A stretch of 58,923 nt of DNA from Tubiluchus corallicola. Taxonomy: Eukaryota; Animalia; Priapulida. Of this stretch, positions 38,294 to 48,536 are shown piece by piece; the first letter of the stretch is position 1, and the number at the start of each line of letters is the position of its first letter. A program made the translations under genes and the position numbers. The notes under the pieces were generated by a model. That model did not search any database and was not told the DNA's origin. It saw only the letters and a list, made by a program, of their open reading frames with translations. The stretch is from positions 1-58,923 of the forward strand of contig JAQGDQ010002414.1 in the NCBI GenBank assembly GCA_030141605.1, in the 5' to 3' direction.

Positions 38294-39245
38294 GTTTATT
38301 TAATGCATCTCCTCTTTTTTTGCTGTATGCTTCTATAATATTTTTAACGATTTTATGCCTTATGACATCATTGCTAGTAAACTCTATAAAGCCAATACCT
38401 TTTATTCCTGTTAATATTTTTTCTGCTTCCAACATGCCAGATTTTTGGTTGGGAGGTAAATCTATTTGAGTTTTATCGCCATTAATGATAAGTTTAGCGT
38501 TTACTCCCATACGTGTAAGAAACATTTTTATTTGCATAGGCGTTGTATTTTGTGCTTCATCTAGCAAAATAAAAGCGTCATTAAGTGTTCGTCCACGCAT
38601 GTAGGCGAGTGGTGCAATTTCAATGATAGCATTTTCTTTAAAATATTTTAATTTTTCCTTTGGTATCATATCTTGCAATGCATCATGCACAGGGCGCAAG
38701 TAAGGATCTATTTTTTCTTTTAAATCTCCTGGCAAAAAACCTAAATTCTCACCAGCCTCTATTGCAGGTCGTGTTACTATTATTTTTTTTATTTCTTTGT
38801 TTTTCAAAGCCTTTACAGCCAATGCTATTGAAAGGTAGGTTTTTCCTGTTCCAGCAGGACCACTTACAAATACAATGTCATTCTTTTTTATCAACCCTAT
38901 TAACTCTTTTTGGTGTTTTGTTTTAGGACGAATCACATTGCCACTAACTCCAAATATTAAGGTATCTTCTTTGTTACTTTCTATTATGTTGTCTTTTGTA
39001 GTGATAAAGTTTTTCACATCATCTTCTATGATTTTTCCCTTTTTGTTATAGTATTTCAATAGAGAGTTGATGATGTCATTTAATTTTAAAATATTGGCAC
39101 TCTCTCCTTGAATTTTGATTGTATTTCCTCTTGAAATAATTTTTACAGTAGGAAAAGCGTCTGCTAAAACTTTAAGATTTCTATTGTTTGCACCCAAAAA
39201 GTCAACCATAGAAACATCTTCTAAGATTATATTTTTTTCTATCAA
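38265..39245 (-). CDS. phoH: PhoH family ATPase
   Basis: GPAGTGKT, RPAIEAGENLGFLPG, AYMRGRTL and DEAQN. Confidence 0.95.
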   Translation of the reverse strand: MIEKNIILEDVSMVDFLGANNRNLKVLADAFPTVKIISRGNTIKIQGESANILKLNDIINSLLKYYNKKGKIIEDDVKNFITTKDNIIESNKEDTLIFGVSGNVIRPKTKHQKELIGLIKKNDIVFVSGPAGTGKTYLSIALAVKALKNKEIKKIIVTRPAIEAGENLGFLPGDLKEKIDPYLRPVHDALQDMIPKEKLKYFKENAIIEIAPLAYMRGRTLNDAFILLDEAQNTTPMQIKMFLTRMGVNAKLIINGDKTQIDLPPNQKSGMLEAEKILTGIKGIGFIEFTSNDVIRHKIVKNIIEAYSKKRGDALNKHEYLGKKNK

Positions 39246-39296
39246 TGTACTACTGTTTTAGTATATAAATAAATAAATTTTTTTAAAATTATTTGT

Positions 39297-39304
39297 TATC
39301 TTTG
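39297..39304 (+). promoter_or_regulatory. Bacteroidota -7 promoter element
   Basis: TATCTTTG about 55 nt upstream of the ATG at 39359. Confidence 0.45.
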
Positions 39305-39358
39305 TTTTTTACAAAAAAAAATGAAATAATTAGAAATAATTATTTTTATTCGTCTGAA

Positions 39359-40126
39359 ATGTCTATTATAACATTGTTATCTGACTTTGGTACTTCTGAC
39401 TACTATGTTGCTGCTATAAAAGGGCAGTTACTGTCGCTAGATCGAAATGCCAAAATTGTAGATATATCCCATCATATTGCTCCTTTTGATGTAATGCATG
39501 CAGCTTTTGTAATGAATAATGCGTTTCATTCTTTTCCTAAAGGTACTGTTCATATAATATTTATGAAAAATGGAATAAAATACGAGCGGTGCTTAGCAGC
39601 AGTAGTTGAAGGACACACTTTTTTATGCTATGATAATGGTATTTTGGGGCTTATTAGCCAATATAACCCACAGGAAGTGTTTCTTTTAAATAGAGAAAAA
39701 GACCAAACAACTAAACAAGCATTAATAAATAATGCTATAAAACTCTCAAAAGGTGAAAAAATTACCAAATTAGGGCATATTATTTTTGACTTCCAATTGC
39801 TTTTTTCTAGAAACGTAAGGCGAACAGGAAATAACCAATTGATAGGGAATGTGCTGAGAGTAGATAATTATGGCAATTTGATTACCAATATCTCCAAAGA
39901 ACATATTGAAAAATTTAACCCTGAGAACAAACCAATTGAAATTCATTTTGGAAAAGAAGTGTTATATCAAATAGAGACGTCAATAAAAAATATTTCTGAA
40001 TGCGATTGCTTTTGTCTATTTAACTCCAATAATTTTTTAAAAATAGGAATGAAAGATGCCAATGCCTCCCAGCTGTTAGGATTGCATGTTGATAGCAATA
40101 TAATTATTCATTTCACATATACATAA
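39359..40126 (+). CDS. SAM hydrolase/halogenase (DUF62) family protein
   Basis: IITLLSDFG..DYYV...KG, DISH.I, FP.GTVH, DNG and D.YGNLITNI. Confidence 0.88.
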   Translation: MSIITLLSDFGTSDYYVAAIKGQLLSLDRNAKIVDISHHIAPFDVMHAAFVMNNAFHSFPKGTVHIIFMKNGIKYERCLAAVVEGHTFLCYDNGILGLISQYNPQEVFLLNREKDQTTKQALINNAIKLSKGEKITKLGHIIFDFQLLFSRNVRRTGNNQLIGNVLRVDNYGNLITNISKEHIEKFNPENKPIEIHFGKEVLYQIETSIKNISECDCFCLFNSNNFLKIGMKDANASQLLGLHVDSNIIIHFTYT

Positions 40127-40172
40127 ATCATCTTTGTTACTTTTACTAATCATAGCTTGAAATTAAGAAATT

Positions 40173-41192
40173 ATGAAACACAGAAGAAATTTTTTAAAAC
40201 GATGCATTGCAATTACAACCTCATTCAGTTTGTTGCCATCACGGATGCTTGGGACAGAAACAAAAGATAAGAACATTGCCGCTAAATTACCAACGAGCAA
40301 ACAACAACAGAAACAGAAAATAGTAATTTCTACGTGGAGTTCAGGAATAGCAGCCAATAAAGATGCTTGGAAAGTGCTGAGCAATGGAGGAACGTCGTTG
40401 GATGCTGTGGAAAAAGGTGTTATGAACGCAGAGGCAGATGAACACAATATGACGGTGGGATATGGCGCCTTTCCTGATGCATCAGGAAAGATAACATTAG
40501 ATGCATCTATTATGGATGATAAGTACAACTGTGGAGCAGTAGCCTTTTTAGAAAACATCAAGCACCCTGTTTGTGTTGCAAGAAAAGTAATGGAAAAAAC
40601 CCCTCACGTAATGCTTGCAGGAGATGGAGCATTTGATTTTGCAATTAAGCAAGGATTTAAAAAAGAGAATTTAGTTACGAAAAAATCTATGCAAAAATGG
40701 AAAGAGTGGAAAAAAAACAATAAGTTTAAGCCTATTATTAATATAGAAAACCACGACACTATAGGTATGTTGGCAATGGATGATAAGGGCAACTTAGGGG
40801 GTGCATGCACAACAAGCGGGTTAGCATATAAACTTAGGGGACGTGTCGGAGACTCTCCTATTATTGGCTCAGCTCTATATGTAGACAATAATGCAGGTGC
40901 AGTAGTTTGTACAGGTTTGGGAGAGGCAGTTATTAGAACCTCTTTGGCGAGTGTGGTTATAGAAATGATGCGCCAAGGGAAAGACCCAAATGAAGCGTGT
41001 AAAATGGGAATAGAAAGAGTTTTTCAAGTACACTATCAACGCAAGGAGTTTAACGATATGCAAGTAGGAGTGATTTCTATAGATAAGAATGGAAACTATG
41101 GAGGCTATAGTTTGCGTAAAGGATTTAACTTTGCGGTTCAGTCAGACACAATAGATAACATACTAGTGGATGTTGACCATTTGGTAGATTAG
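40173..41192 (+). CDS. N4-(beta-N-acetylglucosaminyl)-L-asparaginase (glycosylasparaginase) with Tat signal
   Basis: RRNFLK, ISTW, LDASIMD, autocleavage site HD|TIG, TTSG and GRVGDSPIIG. Confidence 0.92.
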   Translation: MKHRRNFLKRCIAITTSFSLLPSRMLGTETKDKNIAAKLPTSKQQQKQKIVISTWSSGIAANKDAWKVLSNGGTSLDAVEKGVMNAEADEHNMTVGYGAFPDASGKITLDASIMDDKYNCGAVAFLENIKHPVCVARKVMEKTPHVMLAGDGAFDFAIKQGFKKENLVTKKSMQKWKEWKKNNKFKPIINIENHDTIGMLAMDDKGNLGGACTTSGLAYKLRGRVGDSPIIGSALYVDNNAGAVVCTGLGEAVIRTSLASVVIEMMRQGKDPNEACKMGIERVFQVHYQRKEFNDMQVGVISIDKNGNYGGYSLRKGFNFAVQSDTIDNILVDVDHLVD

Positions 41193-41307
41193 GCTTTCTT
41201 TAAGGGAAAAAATAATTTTACTTTTTGTCATTTGTTTATTCTCATTATAAACTGTATATTAGCCATAAATTTCTTTTAAAAGATATAAACAAAATCGCCT
41301 ACTTATC

Positions 41308-41646
41308 ATGAAAAATATACAAAAATCATTATTCTTATTCATAGTAGTAGCCTTTTTATGCTGCTGCCAAACATCTCTAAAAATTGTCGTTTTAAACGAA
41401 ACAGGGAACGCAGAAAGTGGTGTAAAAGTTGCATTATATGAAAAAGAAGATGATTATAACAATAGTACAAAACCTGTATTTGTTGGAGAAACCAATGACA
41501 AAGGAGAGATGAAAGTGCCTGCGTTGCAACCTAAAAAATATTTTATAGAAGCAAAAAAAGGAGACAAAAGCAACATAGATAGAGGAGAGCACACAGAAAA
41601 ATTAACTAAGAAAAAACAAAATAAAGTACATGTGATTATAGAGTAA
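41308..41646 (+). CDS. Small lipoprotein with carboxypeptidase-regulatory/prealbumin-like fold
   Basis: Lipobox, G..V.LY, T...G and L....Y...A pattern. Confidence 0.7.
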   Translation: MKNIQKSLFLFIVVAFLCCCQTSLKIVVLNETGNAESGVKVALYEKEDDYNNSTKPVFVGETNDKGEMKVPALQPKKYFIEAKKGDKSNIDRGEHTEKLTKKKQNKVHVIIE

Positions 41647-41677
41647 AGGACACATTGCTTTTTACATCCTTTTAAAT

Positions 41678-42424
41678 ATGAAGAAACATTCTTTAGCAAT
41701 AGTACCCACTTATAACGAAAAGGAGAATATAGAAGATCTTATTAAAAGTATTTTAGAACAAGATGAGGGATTTGATGTATTGGTTGTGGACGACAACTCG
41801 CCTGATGGAACAAGTAAAAAAGTTGAAAAATTACAAATCAAATACAACGATAGATTGCATTTGATAGTTAGAGAAAAAAAATTAGGGTTAGGAACAGCAT
41901 ACATAGTGGGGTTTAAATATGCTTTGCAGAACAAATATAACTATGTGTACGAGATAGATGCTGATTTTTCACATAACCCTAAGGACCTAATACGATTATA
42001 TTATGTTTGTAAAAAGGAAAAATATGATGTTGCTGTTGGTTCAAGATATATTGATGGAGTAAGGATTGTAGATTGGCCTCTAAGCAGAATTTTGTTGTCT
42101 TTTTTTGCTAGCAAATATGTTTTTATGCTTATGAGAATGCCTATAAAAGACCCAACCGCAGGGTTTGTATGCTATAGAAGAAAAGTATTAAAAACAATAA
42201 ATTTAGATAAAGTAGAATTTAAGGGTTATGCATTCCAAATAGAAATGAAATTTTTAGCATGGAAATATGGTTTTAAACTAAAGGAAGTGCCCATTCTGTT
42301 TATGAACAGAGCCAAAGGAAAATCTAAAATGTCATATAAAATTTTTCATGAAGCAGTATTTGGCGTATTCAAAATGGTGATAGCAAGTATGTCTCGCGAT
42401 TTTAGAAAGAACTATTATAACTAA
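41678..42424 (+). CDS. Polyprenol monophosphomannose synthase (GT2, DPM1-like)
   Basis: PTYNE, VDDNSPDGT, GLGTAY, DADFSH and GYAFQIEMK. Confidence 0.92.
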   Translation: MKKHSLAIVPTYNEKENIEDLIKSILEQDEGFDVLVVDDNSPDGTSKKVEKLQIKYNDRLHLIVREKKLGLGTAYIVGFKYALQNKYNYVYEIDADFSHNPKDLIRLYYVCKKEKYDVAVGSRYIDGVRIVDWPLSRILLSFFASKYVFMLMRMPIKDPTAGFVCYRRKVLKTINLDKVEFKGYAFQIEMKFLAWKYGFKLKEVPILFMNRAKGKSKMSYKIFHEAVFGVFKMVIASMSRDFRKNYYN

Positions 42425-42508
42425 ATAAGAGAGTATATTAAAATTAAATAAAAAGCATTTAGATTTTGAATAGACATATTCCTTTTCTTTTATCAATAAT
42501 TAAAAAAA

Positions 42509-43966
42509 ATGAAATTAGATAGAACAGTTATAGACAACAATATATATCCTGAACGAATATTACAATATGGTGAAGGGAATTTTTTAAGAGCCTTTGTAGA
42601 CTGGATGGTTGATAAAATGAATCGCTCAAATAATTTTAATAGCGGAGTGGTGGCAGTGCAGCCCATAGCAGAGGGACTGGCAGACTTAATTAATAGACAA
42701 AATGGATTATACCATGTAGTTCTGCAAGGTATAAAAAACCAAAAACCTATAAAAAAAAGCTATTTGATTGATTGCATTACTCGTGCCATTAATCCTTATC
42801 AAAATTTTGATGCTTATATTAAAATAGCCGAGAATCCTCATTTGAGATTTATTATATCCAACACTACGGAAGCTGGCATTACATATCATAAAGAGGATAG
42901 GATGGAACAAAAACCGCAATCTTCTTTTCCGGCAAAGGTTACAGCATTTCTATATAAAAGATTTAAAACTTTTGATGGCGACAAATCCAAAGGAGTAGCT
43001 CTTATTTGCTGCGAATTGATAGATAGAAATGCTGATAAGTTAAAGCAATGTGTTTTAAAGCATGTAGAGGAGTGGAATATCGAAAAAGAGTTTATAAGCT
43101 GGCTTGATGATGCTTGTGCCTTTTGCAATACCCTTGTGGATAGAATAGTGCCGGGATTTCCAAAAGATAATATTAAAGAAATACAAAAAGAGTTAGGTTT
43201 TGAGGATCAATTGGTAGTTGTGGGAGAATATTTTCATTTGTGGGTAATTGAAGCTCCTGATTGGGTACAAAAAGAATTTCCCACTGATAAATGCGACTTG
43301 AACATAAAATTTGTTAAGGATATTACCCCTTATAGAGAAAGAAAAGTAAGAGTGTTGAATGGGGCTCATACAGGAAGTTTTGCTGTTTCTATACTTGCAA
43401 ATATCAACACGGTAAAGGAGTCTGTGGAGCATCCAATCATTGGTGATTTCATGAAAGACATGGTGTTTGATGAAATATTACCAACACTACAAGGCACCCA
43501 ACAAGAATTGACAGATTTTGCCAACCAAATATTAGAGCGTTTTTACAACCCCTTTGTACAACACCTATGGACGAGCATTGCACTAAATTCCATGTCAAAG
43601 TGGAAGACAAGAAATATGTTCTCTTTATTGGATTATTATACCAAAAACAAAAAACTTCCTCCAAAACTTACTTTTTCTTTGAGTGCTTTAATAGCCTATT
43701 ATAAGGGAGAGTTTAGAGGCAAAAAAATCACTCTACAAGATGATGAGTTAGCAATTAAATATATGGCAGATTGTTGGGCAATGTATAATGGTACAAAAGA
43801 GAGCCTACATAAGGTAACACAAAAAGCGTTGGCTTTTAAACAAAATTGGGGACAAGATTTAAATGATATCCCAGATTTAACAACAACAGTTACTCGCTAT
43901 TTGAGTCAAATATTCAGCAAAGAGAGTAATGGTGGTATAGAGGAAATATTAAAAAAATTGAAATAA
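42509..43966 (+). CDS. uxaB: Tagaturonate reductase (altronate oxidoreductase)
   Basis: QYGEGNFLRAF, SNTTEAGI, TLVDRIVPG and RKVRVLNGAH. Confidence 0.94.
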   Translation: MKLDRTVIDNNIYPERILQYGEGNFLRAFVDWMVDKMNRSNNFNSGVVAVQPIAEGLADLINRQNGLYHVVLQGIKNQKPIKKSYLIDCITRAINPYQNFDAYIKIAENPHLRFIISNTTEAGITYHKEDRMEQKPQSSFPAKVTAFLYKRFKTFDGDKSKGVALICCELIDRNADKLKQCVLKHVEEWNIEKEFISWLDDACAFCNTLVDRIVPGFPKDNIKEIQKELGFEDQLVVVGEYFHLWVIEAPDWVQKEFPTDKCDLNIKFVKDITPYRERKVRVLNGAHTGSFAVSILANINTVKESVEHPIIGDFMKDMVFDEILPTLQGTQQELTDFANQILERFYNPFVQHLWTSIALNSMSKWKTRNMFSLLDYYTKNKKLPPKLTFSLSALIAYYKGEFRGKKITLQDDELAIKYMADCWAMYNGTKESLHKVTQKALAFKQNWGQDLNDIPDLTTTVTRYLSQIFSKESNGGIEEILKKLK

Positions 43967-43985
43967 ATAAGAAGTAACAGGCAAC

Positions 43986-45131
43986 CTACTGAAGTATTTT
44001 ATAGTATAGCAATTCGTACTCTTTAACGATTTTATTGACATCATAATTTTGTGCTACTTGGCGTGCTTGTTCCTTAAATTTTGAAAGATGCTTGTCTTCT
44101 AATATTGTTAGTGCATTTTGTGCCATGTCCTGCACATCTCCTACATTACTTAAATATCCAGACACTCCATGAATGTTTAATTCTGGCACTCCCCCTACAT
44201 TGGAAGAGATTACTGGTGTTTTGCACGCCAGAGCTTCCAGGGCAGCAAGTCCAAAACTCTCTTCTTCTGATGGCAAAACAAATAAGTCTGCCATTGAGTA
44301 TATTTTTTCTACTCTATCTACTTGTCCTAAAAATTTTACATTATCAACTAAATTAAGATCACGAGTCATTTTTTCTACTGTGGGGCGTTCAGGACCATCG
44401 CCTACTAATAGAAAAAAGCTATTTGGGATTTTTTCATGTATTTGTTTAAATACTAATACAGCATCATTTACACGTTTTACTTTTCTGAAATTTGATGCAT
44501 GAACAATTAACTTACATGCTGCAGAGCCACAAATCTCTTGCCTTAATGATTTGTTTTTATAATCCTTAAAGTTATTTAGATTAACAAAATTAGGAATCAC
44601 ATTAATTTCTTTATCGGGGATAATTTTTAATGTTTCTAATTTCAAATTTTCCGAAACAGTAGTAACGACATCCGATTGTTTAATGCCAAATGCCACAACG
44701 TATTCAAAAGAGGGGTCTTTACCTATAATGGTAACGTCCGTGCCGTGTAGTGTTGTTATGATGGGCAGATGGTAGTTGTTCTCCTTTAAAATTTGTTTAG
44801 CTAAAAATGCAGATGTTGCATGGGGAACAGCATAGTGAACGTGCAAAACGTCTAACTTTGCATGCAATGCAACATCTATGATTTTACTTGTGAGTGCTGA
44901 TTCGTATGGTGAGTAACGAAATAGAGGGTAAGTATTTACTGTTACTTCATGAAAATAAATATTTTGATGAAAAACATCTAATCGTATTGGCGGCATGTAG
45001 GTGATGAAATGTATTTCATGGCCATGTATGGCTAATTGTTTACCCAATTCAGTGGCAACAATACCACTGCCCCCAAGTGAAGGGTAGCAAATAATTCCTA
45101 TTTTGAGATTTTTTTTTCGCTGCAAACTCAA
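43986..45131 (-). CDS. bshA: N-acetyl-alpha-D-glucosaminyl L-malate synthase (bacillithiol biosynthesis)
   Basis: CYPS.GGSG.VATELG, HVHYA.PHA, TTLHGTD, SNFR.VKR and ESFGLAALEA. Confidence 0.93.
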   Translation of the reverse strand: MSLQRKKNLKIGIICYPSLGGSGIVATELGKQLAIHGHEIHFITYMPPIRLDVFHQNIYFHEVTVNTYPLFRYSPYESALTSKIIDVALHAKLDVLHVHYAVPHATSAFLAKQILKENNYHLPIITTLHGTDVTIIGKDPSFEYVVAFGIKQSDVVTTVSENLKLETLKIIPDKEINVIPNFVNLNNFKDYKNKSLRQEICGSAACKLIVHASNFRKVKRVNDAVLVFKQIHEKIPNSFFLLVGDGPERPTVEKMTRDLNLVDNVKFLGQVDRVEKIYSMADLFVLPSEEESFGLAALEALACKTPVISSNVGGVPELNIHGVSGYLSNVGDVQDMAQNALTILEDKHLSKFKEQARQVAQNYDVNKIVKEYELLYYKILQ

Positions 45132-45161
45132 TGCTTTTACTTCTATGGTTAATTAATTATT

Positions 45162-48044
45162 TTACAAATCTTGCATTTTCGCTTCCTCCTCTTCCCCATC
45201 TTTTTTAGAAGGCGTGTTGTCAAATGATTTATATATGATGTCGTGGATAGATGTTCTTACATTTAGATCTGTAATTGTATTGTTATCTGGGTTTGGATAT
45301 ACTCTATTGGACAGAAAAATAAATATTAAATCATATTCCGGATCTACCCACATTAATGTTCCTGTAAACCCTCGATGTCCAAACGTTTTGGGAGATGCTA
45401 ATGAAGACACAAAGTCAGGTATTGGGTCGTCAAACTTGTTGTTAGGTTTGTCCCATCCTAAACCTCTTCTTGTTTTGTTTGAGGCTTTAGTTGTAAATTT
45501 TTTTATTGTTTCTTTTTTATAATATTCTAACTCGCCATACCTGCCTTCTTGAAGAAGCATTTGAGATAATTTTGCCAAATCTCTTGTATTGCTAAACAGC
45601 CCAGCTTGCCCACTAATACCTCCTAATATAGCAGTGTTTTCGTCTTGCACGTGTCCTGAAACTAATCTATTTGTCCCAAAGGAATTGTCTATTGATGTAG
45701 GTACAATTGTTTCATTGGGCATCAAACACAAAGGCTTAAACATGGTAGATGCCATGCCTAAGGGGGAGTATAAGTTTCTATGCAAAAAGTCCTCCATATT
45801 TTGATTGGATATCCTTTCTGCTAAAAAATATAAATATAAAAAATTAATATCGGTATAATGGTACCTTTTTGCCCTACTCATATTTGTTTTTTGGGCCCAT
45901 TCCCATGTAGATTGTTTTATTTTTTTTGTGCAATAGAGACCCTCACGAACTTCAAAAGGAAATTGTGAAGACAAAATGCCATTAAAATATAGTTCCTTGT
46001 TTTTTACAGCTTTTTTCCAAAACGATAAAGGCGTTAATCCAGATTCGTGCATTAATAAATCTTGTATTGTCAAGTCTCTTTTATTAGAATTTTTAAGTTC
46101 AGGTAAGTAGTTTGATATTTTTGATGTCACTCTAACAGTGTCCTTACTATCAAAAAACATGTACATTTGAGTTGTTGCGGCTACCTTTGTAATGGATGCC
46201 AAGTCATAAATGCTTTCTGATTTTACAGGTATTTCTTTATTATATGTATGATATCCATAGTTTTTTTCAAATACAATTTGTCCGTTTTTAGCTACCAATA
46301 CCTGACATCCCGGAAAAGCCTTTTGTGCAATAGCTTGTTGAACTACATCGTCTATTTGTTGTAATACTTTAGAATCCATATCAACTTGTTCGGGAGGTGA
46401 AAATGCTAAACGTCCCATCGTTGCCATCTGTGGTACTTGAAATTTGATTCTCTCTTTGATGGGCAATTTTCCTGTATTTGAAATAGCTCCAAACATAATT
46501 TGTGGTGGAATACGTTGTGAAAGAGAATCACTACCGAACATTACCACAGTACTAGTTGGGATATTATCAAACTCTTTTTTATTTAAGCCTTTATCTATAA
46601 ATAGACATAAAACAACGCGTGTGTGTTTTTCCAGTTGTTTGACGAGCTTAATTATATTAGGATTTAAATGCCCTCTATTGCTAATGATTACGTACTCAAA
46701 ATGTTTTAAATCATTAAAAAGTTGACGGTTAACGCTTTTTGGGTTGTCAACATTAAAATGGACAAATTGGTTATAGTTATTCAACATTGCCCTGTAATGT
46801 TGCCATTTACCTTCTGTGCCTATGGTTAGTGAAGCAAAGCGTGTTATCCCCAAATGTTTAAATGGGAGGGTTGTAATATGATTGTTTTTTTTAATTACAG
46901 ACACAGCAGATTTGTTTGCAATGTCAGTCAATACAGATGCCCTGACTTGATTGATAGGATATTCTGTTGAGAAAGGTTTTGGAGAAGAGGTATCAATCTG
47001 CTGCAAATATTTCGCCTTTAATATCCTTCTTACTTTTTCATTGAGTAGAGGTTCTATTTCGTTATAATCTCTTTTTGTCTGTGCCACAACGGCAGACACA
47101 TAATATGGGTCGTCGGCAATAAACATATCTACTCCCGCATTTAAAAGAGACAGTGCTAAATTCGGCTTACTTTTCTTCACATTGACCTTTCTTAGGTCCA
47201 TTATTATTAATCCATTAAAATTTAACTCTTTCTTTATCAGATTATCAATAACGTATTTTATATATTGAACGTCATTAATACCAATGCTCCCAGTGTACTT
47301 TATTGTAATGGTTAGCAATTCATCATTTACCTTACCCCAAAAGGTAGTTGTATTTATAAAAGATACGCCTAACTCTTGCCGTTTCTTTTTTTTCATATTC
47401 CTTATTTCATAAGGAATATGTAGGTGAAAGGACAGGTTAGTAAAGATATTAGCCCTATTGTAACTTTCTTGAAAATTTTTAATGATTTTTGGAGCAAATC
47501 CAAAAAACTCTGAAAACTCTTCCAGTTGGTTATTATATAATATGAAATCAAAACCCGAATTGTGAAGATGTTTCAAATTACTTTTTTGGAAAAACTGTGC
47601 GTAATAATTCCCCATTTCTTGCAAAATGCTATCTTCTGTTATTGATCCTATTGCCAAGGTGTTTAATTTCAACCCACTAGCATGTATCCACTCGTCTATT
47701 CCACTATTGGTGCCTATAAATAAAGGTATACGGGAGTACTCTTGAAGAAAGTGAGTATAATCTTCATCTAAAATCTTTGCTTTGGACAGCAATACGCCTG
47801 AAATTATATTTCTTGTGGCAAAAATACCTATAGAATCTTTAAGGCTGCTCTTGCTTCTTTCAAAGAGAACCACCTGCCCCATTTTGCTAACGGGCGTTAG
47901 AGTGTGAAATATGCTATCTACCCAAAATTCTGCTCTCTTGTTGTCGTAATTCGTGTTAACACTATTTCTATCAAGGTCATTAATTGCAAAAACATTACAA
48001 CATACTAATAGAAGAAATATAGTTCCAAAATAGTGCTTTTTCAT
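45162..48044 (-). CDS. Degenerate GH3 (NagZ-like) domain fused to a beta-lactamase-family serine hydrolase
   Basis: The N-terminal half keeps WVDS, ELNFNGLII.D, AG.D and V.RIL.AK. The C-terminal half has AFPGCQV, YDLASITK (SxxK), YTD, G.V.DE, AGLFS and FGH.GFTG. Confidence 0.88.
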   Translation of the reverse strand: MKKHYFGTIFLLLVCCNVFAINDLDRNSVNTNYDNKRAEFWVDSIFHTLTPVSKMGQVVLFERSKSSLKDSIGIFATRNIISGVLLSKAKILDEDYTHFLQEYSRIPLFIGTNSGIDEWIHASGLKLNTLAIGSITEDSILQEMGNYYAQFFQKSNLKHLHNSGFDFILYNNQLEEFSEFFGFAPKIIKNFQESYNRANIFTNLSFHLHIPYEIRNMKKKKRQELGVSFINTTTFWGKVNDELLTITIKYTGSIGINDVQYIKYVIDNLIKKELNFNGLIIMDLRKVNVKKSKPNLALSLLNAGVDMFIADDPYYVSAVVAQTKRDYNEIEPLLNEKVRRILKAKYLQQIDTSSPKPFSTEYPINQVRASVLTDIANKSAVSVIKKNNHITTLPFKHLGITRFASLTIGTEGKWQHYRAMLNNYNQFVHFNVDNPKSVNRQLFNDLKHFEYVIISNRGHLNPNIIKLVKQLEKHTRVVLCLFIDKGLNKKEFDNIPTSTVVMFGSDSLSQRIPPQIMFGAISNTGKLPIKERIKFQVPQMATMGRLAFSPPEQVDMDSKVLQQIDDVVQQAIAQKAFPGCQVLVAKNGQIVFEKNYGYHTYNKEIPVKSESIYDLASITKVAATTQMYMFFDSKDTVRVTSKISNYLPELKNSNKRDLTIQDLLMHESGLTPLSFWKKAVKNKELYFNGILSSQFPFEVREGLYCTKKIKQSTWEWAQKTNMSRAKRYHYTDINFLYLYFLAERISNQNMEDFLHRNLYSPLGMASTMFKPLCLMPNETIVPTSIDNSFGTNRLVSGHVQDENTAILGGISGQAGLFSNTRDLAKLSQMLLQEGRYGELEYYKKETIKKFTTKASNKTRRGLGWDKPNNKFDDPIPDFVSSLASPKTFGHRGFTGTLMWVDPEYDLIFIFLSNRVYPNPDNNTITDLNVRTSIHDIIYKSFDNTPSKKDGEEEEAKMQDL

Positions 48045-48175
48045 TATTTTATAATATTATTGATTAATAACTTATATTTATTAATTTTGTTAACTCATAA
48101 GTCTAAAAATGTATAGAGAAATATTAAATGGCAATATAATCTTTTTTCTTGTATAATTAAAAAAACAGATAAACT

Positions 48176-48535
48176 ATGAAATTCCTTTTTTGGAGAAAAC
48201 TACCCAAAAGCAAACCTTTTGAATATAAACCGCGATATTATGATCCAATAAAAGATTTTGTAGATCAAAGAAGGGCTATAGTAAAAGGCAAAATGCAAGG
48301 TCAAAAAAAATCCCAAAATCAAGAACAGCAAAAAGAGTATAGACACTATCTTCATGAAGGTTTTTTGAAAAATAAACGCCGTACTTCTGCTAGCAGCATG
48401 CAAATTGTTTTGATAATATTGGGAGTTGTGGGTTTTTATTCGTGGCTCTATTTTGGCAATGTTGTGCTCTATTTTTTAGCCGTCATTTTTGTGCTTTATT
48501 TCTACATAAGGATAAAACAAGTTAAAGGAAAATAA
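48176..48535 (+). CDS. Hypothetical membrane protein
   Basis: P..K.F.Y.PRYYDP N-terminus and 2 C-terminal TM helices; stop abuts the mutL start. Confidence 0.75.
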   Translation: MKFLFWRKLPKSKPFEYKPRYYDPIKDFVDQRRAIVKGKMQGQKKSQNQEQQKEYRHYLHEGFLKNKRRTSASSMQIVLIILGVVGFYSWLYFGNVVLYFLAVIFVLYFYIRIKQVKGK

Positions 48536-48536
48536 A

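Noticed and set aside
45162-46400. Beta-lactam resistance gene
   Set aside because: The fold is shared with amidases and esterases, and the GH3 fusion points to cell-wall recycling.
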